Shown in pieces: positions 38,388 to 47,460 of a DNA stretch of 64,000 nucleotides. A model generated the notes under the pieces. It saw only the letters and a list, made by a program, of their open reading frames with translations, had not been told where the DNA came from and did no database searches. The stretch is from assembly GCA_014800845.1 (NCBI GenBank), contig JAAVFJ010000049.1:2181-66180 (forward strand), given 5' to 3'. Every line of letters starts with the position of its first letter. The stretch's first letter is position 1. Position numbers and translations under genes: made by a program. Source of the stretch: Bacteroidales bacterium. Lineage in GTDB: Bacteria; Bacteroidota; Bacteroidia; Bacteroidales; Muribaculaceae.

Positions 38388-39746
38388 TTACTTGATGTTG
38401 TGGGCGGCTTGGAGGATTACTTCGCTTACTGTGGGGTGAGAGAAGATTGTGTTCTTTATGCCGTCGGCCGTGATGTTTTGGTTCATCATGTCGGCACACT
38501 GCTGTGCGAGGTCTGCGGCCTGTACACCCATGATGTGGGCGCCTATTAGCGTCATGTCGTCAGCCCGGAATATCAGTTTGCAAAGGCCGTCAGGCTCTCC
38601 GAGCGTAAGCGCCTTACCATTTGCGCGGAAGAAGCTTGTGCCTGTCTTAACTGCTATGCCCTGTTCCTTACACTGCTCAGTAGTGAGACCTACCATACCG
38701 CACTCAGGTTGAGTAAATACAGCCGACGGAACCAGATTGAAGTCGATAGTGTCTGACTTACCCTCGATTGCATTGAGAGCTCGGATACCCTGGAAGCTTG
38801 CCACGTGTGCAAGCATCATGCGGGCATTTACATCACCTATGGCAAAGATGTGAGGGATGTTGGTGCGCATGTAGTCATCGACCTTAATGCCACGCGGCGT
38901 AAATTCTACACCGGTTGCTTCGAGGTTAAGACCGTCGAAACGGGGTGCGCGACCTACCGCCATGAGAATGTCGGAACTTATTATCTGTTCCTCCTTACCC
39001 TTACATTCGTAGGTGGTTACGATTTCGTAATCATCATTCTGCTCGATTGACTTCACAGCGGCAGAGGTGACAATCTTGATGCCACGCTTTGAGAGATTCT
39101 GCTTCAGGCGTTTTGCTATGTCGGAATCAAAAGGGGGAAGAATCTGTTTGCAGTATTCTACCACAGTCACCTGCGAACCCATGGCAGCAAATATAGAAGC
39201 AAATTCCATACCGATAACACCACCACCCACAACAGTCAGCGATGCAGGAACATATTCTATGTCAAGCATCTCTGTAGAGGTCTTGACGCAATCAAGATCC
39301 GCTCCGGGTATAGGCAAAGACTTGGAAACGGAACCGGTGGCTATGATAATATTCTCGGCAGTATATTCCTCACCGTCAGCCACTACAGTGTGAGCATCCT
39401 TAAAAGAGGCGAAAGCAGGAACAACGGTCACCTTTGCTTGGTCAAGCATTACTTTAATACCATCGCGCAACGTACTGACAACCTGATTCTTGCGTTCGAT
39501 CACTTTGTTAAAGTCGAATTCAAAGGTGAAGTCATCGATACCATAGGCCTCCGCCTCCTTAAATTGGCTGAGTACCTCGGCATTACGGCAGAAGCACTTG
39601 GTGGGTATGCAGCCTTCGTTAAGGCAGGTACCACCGAGTTTTCTCCCTTCAAACAGAATTACCTGCTTGCCACGATGCGCGGCTTCAAGCGCTGTTTCGT
39701 AGCCGCCGGGACCTGCACCTATTATGATTATATCTGCTTTAGTCAT
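38388..39746 (-). CDS. lpdA: Dihydrolipoyl dehydrogenase (L protein)
   Basis: GAGPGG, GGTCLNEGCIPTK redox disulfide, HPTVSE. Confidence 0.95.
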   Translation of the reverse strand: MTKADIIIIGAGPGGYETALEAAHRGKQVILFEGRKLGGTCLNEGCIPTKCFCRNAEVLSQFKEAEAYGIDDFTFEFDFNKVIERKNQVVSTLRDGIKVMLDQAKVTVVPAFASFKDAHTVVADGEEYTAENIIIATGSVSKSLPIPGADLDCVKTSTEMLDIEYVPASLTVVGGGVIGMEFASIFAAMGSQVTVVEYCKQILPPFDSDIAKRLKQNLSKRGIKIVTSAAVKSIEQNDDYEIVTTYECKGKEEQIISSDILMAVGRAPRFDGLNLEATGVEFTPRGIKVDDYMRTNIPHIFAIGDVNARMMLAHVASFQGIRALNAIEGKSDTIDFNLVPSAVFTQPECGMVGLTTEQCKEQGIAVKTGTSFFRANGKALTLGEPDGLCKLIFRADDMTLIGAHIMGVQAADLAQQCADMMNQNITADGIKNTIFSHPTVSEVILQAAHNIK

Positions 39747-39833
39747 TACTTGAATTATTAACGAGACGAGGATGCCCCTGTCGAATAGCCTCCATGAGCT
39801 GCAAGCAGTTACATCCTCGTCATGATTAGATAT

Positions 39834-41300
39834 TTATCCCTGCGCTTTGAGAGTCTTATAGTTCAGAATAGGATTCTTGGCAGCAGTTGTTTCATCGAGC
39901 TTACGCACCAAAGTGGTGAGGGGAGCATTCTTAACATCATCAGGTGTTTCGCGTGCCTCCTTAGCTACTTTGTGCATCACTTCGATAAATTCGTCAAGAG
40001 TCTCGAGTGATTCGGTTTCGGTGGGCTCAATCATCATTGACTCATGGAAGAGCAGCGGGAAATAGATGGTAGGAGCATGGAAACCGTAATCAAGCAGACG
40101 CTTGGCAACATTGAGAGTAGTAACTCCGGTAGACTTATCCTTCAGACCATCGAACACAAATTCGTGCTTGCACACGCCGCTGATGGGGAGCAGATAGTCA
40201 TCCTTAAGCGACTCCTTAATATAGTTAGCGTTAAGGGTAGCCATCGGACCTACATTCTTGATATTTTCTTTACCAAGAGTGAGGATATATGCGTAAGCCT
40301 TAAGCATAACACCGAAGTTGCCGAGATATGCAGAAATGCTGCCGAGGCTGTCCTTGCCCCATTCTATACGGAAAGTACCGTCAGCTTCTTTCTTCACGCG
40401 GGGATTGGGGAGAAGATCTTCAAGACCCTTGCGCACGCCTACAGGTCCGGAGCCGGGGCCGCCGCCACCGTGGGGAGTTGAGAAGGTTTTATGCAGATTG
40501 ATGTGCATGATGTCAAAGCCCATATCGCCGGGGCGCACCTTGCCGAGCAGCGGGTTGAGGTTAGCGCCATCGTAGTAAAGAAGACCGCCTGCCTCATGCA
40601 CGAGCTGTGCTATCTCAAGAATCTCAGTCTCAAACATACCCAGAGTGTTGGGGTTTGTCATCATGATGCCTGCGATTTCATCGTTGAGCAGAGGCTTCAG
40701 GTCCTCCACGTCAATAGAGCCATTGGGCTTTGACTTAACCTCTACAACCTCAAGGCCGGCAACCATAGCGGAAGCCGGGTTGGTGCCGTGAGCTGAGTTA
40801 GGCACTATCACCTTTCGACGCCTGTCATCGCCACGCATGGCGTGATATGCGCGCATAATCATGAGCCCGGTGAGCTCACCATGTGCGCCCGCATAGGGGT
40901 TAAGGGTAAATTCACCAAGACCTGCGAGTTCCGCAAGGGCTTCCTGAAGATTGTAATACACCTCAAGTGCGCCCTGCACAGTCTTTTCATCCTGCATGGG
41001 GTGAAGACCGGTGAAGGCTGACATGGCTGCAACCTCCTCGTTGATTTTGGGATTGTACTTCATAGTACAGCTACCCAGAGGATAGAAACCGGTGTCAACA
41101 CCAAAGTTCTTCACAGAGAGGTTGGTGTAGTGACGCACTACGTCCAGCTCACTAACTTCTGGGAGGTCAGCAGGCTCACGGCGCATCAGGTCTGCAGGTA
41201 TCGCATCGAGTGAGCCTTTAGCAAATTCGTTTGCAGGGAGCTCGTAACCCTTACGACCTTCACGTGAAAGCTCAAATATAAGTTTATCGTAGTATTTCAT
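39834..41300 (-). CDS. gcvPB: Glycine dehydrogenase (decarboxylating) subunit 2
   Basis: YPLGSCTMKYNP, SAHGTNPASA, NLHKTFSTPHGGGGPG motifs. Confidence 0.96.
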   Translation of the reverse strand: MKYYDKLIFELSREGRKGYELPANEFAKGSLDAIPADLMRREPADLPEVSELDVVRHYTNLSVKNFGVDTGFYPLGSCTMKYNPKINEEVAAMSAFTGLHPMQDEKTVQGALEVYYNLQEALAELAGLGEFTLNPYAGAHGELTGLMIMRAYHAMRGDDRRRKVIVPNSAHGTNPASAMVAGLEVVEVKSKPNGSIDVEDLKPLLNDEIAGIMMTNPNTLGMFETEILEIAQLVHEAGGLLYYDGANLNPLLGKVRPGDMGFDIMHINLHKTFSTPHGGGGPGSGPVGVRKGLEDLLPNPRVKKEADGTFRIEWGKDSLGSISAYLGNFGVMLKAYAYILTLGKENIKNVGPMATLNANYIKESLKDDYLLPISGVCKHEFVFDGLKDKSTGVTTLNVAKRLLDYGFHAPTIYFPLLFHESMMIEPTETESLETLDEFIEVMHKVAKEARETPDDVKNAPLTTLVRKLDETTAAKNPILNYKTLKAQG

Positions 41301-41307
41301 CGTCTTT

Positions 41308-42630
41308 TTATTTTGTCATTAAGGTTACTAAACGATCAATTTCAGCTTTTGTGCGCTTTTCGGTAACGGCAAGCAGGAGGCGGCCATCACCGATATTGAG
41401 GCCACCCATTATGCCCTCAGCAGCGAGGCGGGCGTTGAGCGCATCAATATCCATGTCAGTCTTAAGCGCAAACTCTTTGAGGAAAGGCTTGCCGGGGAAT
41501 GCGGGTGCGAATCTGCCACTCTCTACCAGCTTGTCAAAAAGGTAATGCGCGCCATCGGCTGAAAGGACGTTAACCTCCTTGAGACCCTGCTTACCCATGA
41601 GGGCTACGTAGATAGTAGCGTAGAGGGCCATTAGGCTCTGGTTCGAACAGATGTTTGAAGTAGCCTTTTCGCGACGGATATGCTGCTCGCGAGCCTGCAA
41701 TGTGAGTACAAAGGCGCGCTTGCCGTCGGCATCGGTAGTGGCACCTACTACGCGGCCGGGCATTTTGCGAAGCTGCGCTTTTGAGCAGGCAATAAATCCC
41801 AGGTAAGGACCACCGAAGTTGAGGGGAAGGCCAAGAGACTGACCATCGCCACACGCGATATCGGCACCCCACTCAGCGGGCGTGCGAAGCACAGCGAGTG
41901 CGGAAGGATCGGCATAAACACCGAGGAGTGCCTTAGCGGCGTGCACTTTGTCGGCTACACCGGTGAAGTCCTCGATTATGCCGTAGCGGTTAGGCGTAGG
42001 CAGAATTACACCGGCCACGTCGCCAGCTGCAAGGAGCTCGTCAAGCTGGGCGAGATCAGTGACACCATCCTTTTCAGGGATGAAAGTCAGGTCAACGCCA
42101 TGGAAGTGGCAATAAGTCTTCACAACCTCCTTTATCTGAGGAAGCAGTGTTTCGGAAACGAGCACACGATTCTTCTTGCGGGCGCTTGCCACCATCATGA
42201 AAGCTACTTCGGCGCATGCTGTGCTGCCGTCGTACATAGACGCATTGGCACACTCCATGCCGGTAAGCTCAGAAATCATGCTCTGATACTCAAAGATGTA
42301 CTGAAGAGTACCCTGAGAAATTTCGGGCTGATAGGGGGTGTAGGCAGTATAGAATTCGCTGCGCTGGAGCAGATGGTAAATTACCGAAGGAGAGTAGTGG
42401 TCGTAAGCACCGCCACCTGCAAATATAGTGAGAGTTTCGTTCTTTTTTCCAAGTGCATTGAAGAAGTTGCGAATCTCGATTTCTGACATAGCAGAGGGAA
42501 TGTTGTAATCCCTGCGGAGAATAACCTCGGCCGGAATGTCAGCGTAGAGGTCATCGACACTTTTTACACCGATTTTGGCGAGCATGTTTTGAATGTCCGC
42601 CTCAGTATGAGGAATAAATTTGTTGCTCAT
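41308..42630 (-). CDS. gcvPA: Glycine dehydrogenase (decarboxylating) subunit 1
   Basis: YTAYTPYQPEISQG, ASMYDG, REQHIRREKATSNIC motifs. Confidence 0.96.
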   Translation of the reverse strand: MSNKFIPHTEADIQNMLAKIGVKSVDDLYADIPAEVILRRDYNIPSAMSEIEIRNFFNALGKKNETLTIFAGGGAYDHYSPSVIYHLLQRSEFYTAYTPYQPEISQGTLQYIFEYQSMISELTGMECANASMYDGSTACAEVAFMMVASARKKNRVLVSETLLPQIKEVVKTYCHFHGVDLTFIPEKDGVTDLAQLDELLAAGDVAGVILPTPNRYGIIEDFTGVADKVHAAKALLGVYADPSALAVLRTPAEWGADIACGDGQSLGLPLNFGGPYLGFIACSKAQLRKMPGRVVGATTDADGKRAFVLTLQAREQHIRREKATSNICSNQSLMALYATIYVALMGKQGLKEVNVLSADGAHYLFDKLVESGRFAPAFPGKPFLKEFALKTDMDIDALNARLAAEGIMGGLNIGDGRLLLAVTEKRTKAEIDRLVTLMTK

Positions 42631-42765
42631 AATTAGGTATTAGTTAGCTACTTAGAGAAGAGAGGTTGGTTAAGAAAGCGCAAAGGCCATTATATCGCGT
42701 CAAGGAATGAGAATTTCACATACCATGCCGTAATACAATGGCCTGAACTTAGATGCTAAGGGCGA

Positions 42766-43146
42766 TTACTCTTCGCACACTTTTGCGTAAGCGGCAGCGT
42801 CAAGCAGCGCATCGATTTCTGAAGCGTCGCTGATCTTCACCTTCATAATCCAGTTAGCGAATGCATCTTCATTGATGAGCTCGGGAGAATCCTCGAGAGC
42901 TTCGTTTATTTCGAGCACTTCGCCGCTCACAGGAGAGATAAGGTCGCTGGCAGCCTTTACAGACTCAACAGCACCGAACTCTTCACCTGCGGTTACTTCA
43001 TCGCCTACTTCGGGCATATCAACATACACGATGTTGCCGAGGGCGTGCTGGGCGTAATCAGTGATACCTACGGTTGCAACATCACCTTCTACGAGTACCC
43101 ACTCGTGAGAGTCGGCATAACGGAGGTTTTCTAAAACTTTGCTCAT
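42766..43146 (-). CDS. gcvH: Glycine cleavage system H protein
   Basis: VGITDYAQ and lipoylation motif VESVKAAS. Confidence 0.97.
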   Translation of the reverse strand: MSKVLENLRYADSHEWVLVEGDVATVGITDYAQHALGNIVYVDMPEVGDEVTAGEEFGAVESVKAASDLISPVSGEVLEINEALEDSPELINEDAFANWIMKVKISDASEIDALLDAAAYAKVCEE

Positions 43147-43173
43147 TGTTAGTGGCTAAATTATGGGGTTATA

Positions 43174-43203
43174 TCATGGTGCAAAGCGGAGTTTGCACCA
43201 TGA
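43174..43203. other. 12-bp intercistronic hairpin between gcvT and gcvH
   Basis: TCATGGTGCAAA / TTTGCACCATGA with a 6-nt loop; no U-tract on the coding strand. Confidence 0.6.
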
Positions 43204-43212
43204 CTGATTTAT

Positions 43213-44310
43213 TTATTTCTTATAATTTTTATCGTAAAAACGCTTCTTGACAACAACACCGGGGAAAGTCTTTTTGCGGATGCGCACTTCCACAGGTGTG
43301 CCGAGCTTGTCATAGGGTTTGTCTACCATGGCCATAGCAACGCTCTTGCCGGTTGAGATAGAATTGTAGCCGGTAGTAACGTAGCCTATTACCTTGCCCT
43401 CGGCCTCTACGGGGTAACCGTGACGAGGAATTGCTTTGCCCTCAAGCTCTATGCCGATGATACGACGCTTAACGCCCTCGGCTTTCTGCTTTGCAAGTGC
43501 ATCGCGACCGATGAAGTCAGTGGGTTTGTCAAGCTTTACAAACATGCTGAGGCTGGCCTCGAGAGGAGTGATATCATCAGCAAGCTCATCGCCATAAAGA
43601 GGCAGGCCCACTTCAAAGCGGAGTGTGTCGCGGCAACCAAGTCCGCAGGGAGCCACACCTGCTTCCATGAGCTTGTCCCAGAGACGACGGGTGAAATCGT
43701 GAGAACCATATACCTCAAAACCATCTTCGCCGGTGTAGCCGGTGCGGGAGATGATTACCTGTTCACCATCAATTTCATAAGTCTTGAAGTTATAGAAAGC
43801 TATTTCCTCAAGGGGGAGATTGAGTATTTTGCAGAGAGTCTCCTCAGCTTTGGGACCCTGCACTGCAACTTCGCCGTAGTAGTCGCTCTCATTCTTGACA
43901 GTCACATTGAAGCCTTCAGCATTTTTCTCAATCCATGCTACGTCTTTAGCGATATTTGATGCGTTGATAACGAGGAAGTATTCCTCATCATTTACTTTAT
44001 AAACGAGAAGGTCATCAACTACGCCACCATTTTCATGGCACATCATACCATAGAAAATCTGGCCGTCAGGAGCACCGGTCACATCATTTACGAAAATGTG
44101 GCTCACATACTTGTAAGCATCGGGACCGGTGATACGAACTTCGCCCATGTGGCTAACGTCGAATACACCTACATTTTGACGCACAGCGTTGTGTTCCTCT
44201 ATGATAGAAGTGTACTGGATAGGCATGTCGAAACCGCCGAAAGGTGACATTAAGGCACCCTGAGCTACATGACGGTCATGAAGACATGTTTTGATAAGAT
44301 TTTCTTCCAT
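43213..44310 (-). CDS. gcvT: Glycine cleavage system aminomethyltransferase T (start corrected to ATG 44310)
   Basis: FGGFDMP, FDVSHMG, SRTGYTGEDGFE, GLGCRDTLRFE. The track's extra 73 N-terminal codons span a promoter. Confidence 0.96.
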   Translation of the reverse strand: MEENLIKTCLHDRHVAQGALMSPFGGFDMPIQYTSIIEEHNAVRQNVGVFDVSHMGEVRITGPDAYKYVSHIFVNDVTGAPDGQIFYGMMCHENGGVVDDLLVYKVNDEEYFLVINASNIAKDVAWIEKNAEGFNVTVKNESDYYGEVAVQGPKAEETLCKILNLPLEEIAFYNFKTYEIDGEQVIISRTGYTGEDGFEVYGSHDFTRRLWDKLMEAGVAPCGLGCRDTLRFEVGLPLYGDELADDITPLEASLSMFVKLDKPTDFIGRDALAKQKAEGVKRRIIGIELEGKAIPRHGYPVEAEGKVIGYVTTGYNSISTGKSVAMAMVDKPYDKLGTPVEVRIRKKTFPGVVVKKRFYDKNYKK

Positions 44311-44412
44311 TATAATAGATTTAAGATGATATTTTGTCTTGTGATTGACAGCTTTAGGTCTAAACTCTGCGATATGTAACCGCGGGAATAAACACTGCTG
44401 ACAATTTGATGG

Positions 44413-44444
44413 TAAAGGTAAAAAGAAGATTTGGTATAGCCAAA
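44413..44444 (-). promoter_or_regulatory. Promoter of the gcv operon
   Basis: TTTG, 20-nt spacer, TACCTTTA (one mismatch to TAnnTTTG). Confidence 0.55.
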
Positions 44445-44521
44445 TTTTTCTGTTAAATTCCTTTAATATCCGTGGAGATTCCTTCGGAACCTCTGGATTT
44501 ACCTGCCATGAAATCGAAGTA

Positions 44522-46303
44522 TTAATCAACGGTGAACTTCAATCCATCGTAAGCCAGCTTTACGTTAGAGGGCAACTTGCCGGAAACATCCTGATGCTTC
44601 CCCATGTCATGACAAATATGAGTGAGATAGGCTTGCTCCGGCTTTATCTTTTCGATAACCGCCAAAGCTTCCTCCACAGTCAGGTGGCTGAAGTGGGGAG
44701 TGTAGCGCAACGCATTTATTACTAGCACCTTTACCCCTTCAAGCTTTTCAAATTCTTCTTCGGGGATCGTCTTAGCGTCAGTGATATAGGCGAAATTGCC
44801 TATTCTATAGCCAATTATAGGTAGCTGGGCATGCATTACATTTATCGGAACAATCTTCACTCCGGAGAAATAGAAGGGCTCATTGCCCACTTCATGAATC
44901 TCAAAGCCGGGCACTCCGGGATACTTATGCTCACGGAAACAGTAATCAAGCCGGCGACGCAGGTCATCAGCCACGTGCTTGAGAGCGTAGAGAGGCATAC
45001 GTTTATTGAGGCAGTAGGGGCGAAGGTCATCTATTCCACCTACGTGGTCGTAATGCTGATGAGTAATCAGCGTAGCATCAATGTCGTAGACGCCTGCTCT
45101 TATAGCTTGCTCTCTGAAATCAGGCGACGCATCCAGTAGAAGTGTCAGCCCGTGGGTCTTTATGAGCGCGGATGCGCGCAGACGCTTGTCATGCTTGTCA
45201 GGCGATGTACAAACATCGCATTGGCATGCCGGCTCCGGCACACCTTTGCTGGTTCCGCTCCCCAGAATCTCAACATGAACTGACGTGTCAATAAAATTCA
45301 CCTCAGGCTGCAGCCAGACCCCAAATTTTCGGTGCACTGTCAGCTGAATGTGACGACAAAGCGCGCTCACAGAGATGCCGGTAGCATTATTGCGATTTAC
45401 TATAATAAGGCACTGCTTTTTATAAACAGCTGCGCCACCTATGCTGCAACCTTTTAAACCGGCATGCTCAATAAGCCAACCTGCGGGAATCTTTACTTTT
45501 TCGTCAGGCAAATCGTAGCTGGGCACATCATAGCCATGCTTCAATATTTCAGCCTCGTAATAACGACGGCGCACAATGGGATTCTTAAAGAAGCTTCCTG
45601 CGCTGCCTAATACTTTGGGGTCAGGCAGTTTGGAATTGCGAATCTCATTTATTTCCGCCACGACTTCTTTTAGAGAAGGGGTGTGGCCAAGTCTCTCTGC
45701 AAGAGATTTAAGAGGTCCGTAATCCAGATTTTCGCCTGTGGCAGAAGGTGTTAACCGGAAGCAAACTCTTAAGACATAGTATCTGCCTTTGCCTTCATGC
45801 TTGAAGAAACTGTCTCTGTAAGCAAAACGACATTCTTCATTAGTGAAGTTTACTATTTTGTGAGTCAATCGGTCGTAACACTCAGCTTTGAAAATTACAT
45901 CACCGGCTTCTACACCATAGGCGCCTACATTCTGAATTACTGAAGCACCTACCTCGCCGGGTATGCCTGTAAGATTTTCCAGTCCTGCCAAATTTCGCTC
46001 GACACAGAAGTCTATTAAATCTTGCCACGCTTCTCCGGCACCGGCTATGACATAGACAGTTGATTCGTTCTTGCGATATTCAGTTAATCCTTTAACTTTG
46101 GAATGAAGAATCAATCCATCAAAATCATGGATAAACAGCAGGTTGGAGCCGCCTCCTATGTGGAGCACTTCGTTTTGCTGATACTTCGGTGTGCGCATAA
46201 TGGCCTCAAGCTCCTTTACAGAGGAGTATTCGGCAAAATACTTGGCCTTGACCGGCACACCCAAAGTGGTGAGGGAAGTTATATCGTAGTCTGATTTAAT
46301 CAT
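44522..46303 (-). CDS. murB: Fusion of UDP-N-acetylenolpyruvoylglucosamine reductase (MurB) and a PhnP-like metallo-beta-lactamase-fold hydrolase
   Basis: N-half: IGGGSNLLF, GIPG..GA..IQNVGAYG, GSAGSFFKNP, LQPEVNFI. C-half (from ~45285): LGSGTSKGVP, THQHYDHVGG. One continuous frame; start taken as ATG 46303. Confidence 0.9.
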   Translation of the reverse strand: MIKSDYDITSLTTLGVPVKAKYFAEYSSVKELEAIMRTPKYQQNEVLHIGGGSNLLFIHDFDGLILHSKVKGLTEYRKNESTVYVIAGAGEAWQDLIDFCVERNLAGLENLTGIPGEVGASVIQNVGAYGVEAGDVIFKAECYDRLTHKIVNFTNEECRFAYRDSFFKHEGKGRYYVLRVCFRLTPSATGENLDYGPLKSLAERLGHTPSLKEVVAEINEIRNSKLPDPKVLGSAGSFFKNPIVRRRYYEAEILKHGYDVPSYDLPDEKVKIPAGWLIEHAGLKGCSIGGAAVYKKQCLIIVNRNNATGISVSALCRHIQLTVHRKFGVWLQPEVNFIDTSVHVEILGSGTSKGVPEPACQCDVCTSPDKHDKRLRASALIKTHGLTLLLDASPDFREQAIRAGVYDIDATLITHQHYDHVGGIDDLRPYCLNKRMPLYALKHVADDLRRRLDYCFREHKYPGVPGFEIHEVGNEPFYFSGVKIVPINVMHAQLPIIGYRIGNFAYITDAKTIPEEEFEKLEGVKVLVINALRYTPHFSHLTVEEALAVIEKIKPEQAYLTHICHDMGKHQDVSGKLPSNVKLAYDGLKFTVD

Positions 46304-46500
46304 AAGTAAGTGTTCAAATTTAAACAATAGTAAAATATGAATAAGTAAGGTTTTAATTTTTCATACAATCTGCTGTTTCTTTTTTGCCGTTTTCACTTTG
46401 TTGCTCAACCGCTTAGCTCGCTAAGCTCCTTCGCTCCACAGCGAAACAGCCTAAAAAATAAGCTCGCATATTGTATAAATTAAATTTGAACACTTACTTA
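46303..46500 (+). mobile_element. 198-bp MITE-like element with perfect 21-bp terminal inverted repeats (longest, best-preserved member of the TAAGTAAG family)
   Basis: TAAGTAAGTGTTCAAATTTAA (46303-23) is the exact reverse complement of TTAAATTTGAACACTTACTTA (46480-500). TA at both outer ends; internal hairpin CTTAG-CTCG-CTAAG; no coding capacity. Confidence 0.75.
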
Positions 46501-46501
46501 T

Positions 46502-47434
46502 TTATTTTCTGAAAGTTACTAACAGTCCATCTTCAAATCTGAGAAAAATACCATTGGCATAAGTCCAGATGTCTATGGTCTTGGAATAATCGCGCCCGGT
46601 ATCCGTGTCATCCGGGCTACCTAAAGCAAGCCGACATTCAGTCTTGGTCATGCCTAATGATACACGTCCGTTGCGGATGTTTTCCCAATTTTCATCAGAG
46701 ATGTTAGCAAAATTTTTTCGGGGATTGTCTATTGCAAAAAGCGAATGAAAGGGGCGACTGGCCAGCGTGCCTTGGTTCTGAGTCATGCTGATATATGCCG
46801 TGTCCCCCTTTTCATCTACAAATTTTATTAGAAACGGAAGATTTTCAGTGCCGCTGAGTACGTCAAGCACTTTTACGGCTTCAAACTTTCTTCCGGCAAC
46901 CTGTTTGCCATCAGAAGTCTTCCATTCCGGAGTTCGAGTCCAAAGAGTTCTGCCTCTCAGCTTCGAGGCCAGCTCCTGAATGAGCGTTTCATCAATAAGG
47001 AAGGGCAGCTCCGTACTGATGATTTTAGCAGTGTCCGATTTTGTAGAGTTGTAGCGACAAATATTGCCAGCCGGGTCTCTGAACAGAAGGTTGACCCTCT
47101 GAGTACCGCCGGGCGTCGGGATGAGCTCGAAAGCCTCATACTTCAAAGTATTTCCCTGCAAGGTGTCAGGCACTTGGTCAAACACCATAGCAACTTTCGT
47201 AGCATCAACATTAAACTCACGACCGCGAGCCCATCGTGATAGGGGAGCCCCATGTATGTCAGCCATGAAAGCTTCCTCTTTGGAGATTCTGTGTGTAATC
47301 TCTCTATCCTTCTTACTCAAGCTGATATGCCCGGTGTGCTCAATGCCGGTGAAACAGCTTTGAAACATTAAGCCCGAGAGCATGACAACAACAGTCATGC
47401 TTGCGGGCTTAAATATTTTGCTAAAGCCTCTCAT
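46502..47434 (-). CDS. Hypothetical lipoprotein with C-terminal SmpA/BamE-like motif
   Basis: Lipobox-like FQSC; C-terminal LGMTKTECRLALGSP...WTY. Start uncertain (47443 GTG, 47434 ATG or later). Confidence 0.7.
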   Translation of the reverse strand: MRGFSKIFKPASMTVVVMLSGLMFQSCFTGIEHTGHISLSKKDREITHRISKEEAFMADIHGAPLSRWARGREFNVDATKVAMVFDQVPDTLQGNTLKYEAFELIPTPGGTQRVNLLFRDPAGNICRYNSTKSDTAKIISTELPFLIDETLIQELASKLRGRTLWTRTPEWKTSDGKQVAGRKFEAVKVLDVLSGTENLPFLIKFVDEKGDTAYISMTQNQGTLASRPFHSLFAIDNPRKNFANISDENWENIRNGRVSLGMTKTECRLALGSPDDTDTGRDYSKTIDIWTYANGIFLRFEDGLLVTFRK

Positions 47435-47460
47435 CGGAAGCACTTTGAGAATTTATGACC

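Noticed and set aside
44311-44412. Possible glycine riboswitch in the gcvT leader
   Set aside because: No GGAGA...CCGAAG...CTCAGG aptamer motifs, and too short for the tandem form.
43213-44529. 438-aa version of GcvT; likewise the extended starts of purL (51222), the S24 repressor (13272), murB (46327) and YjbR (57906)
   Set aside because: The extensions run through promoters, the repeat element or the upstream gene; downstream ATGs give normal family lengths.
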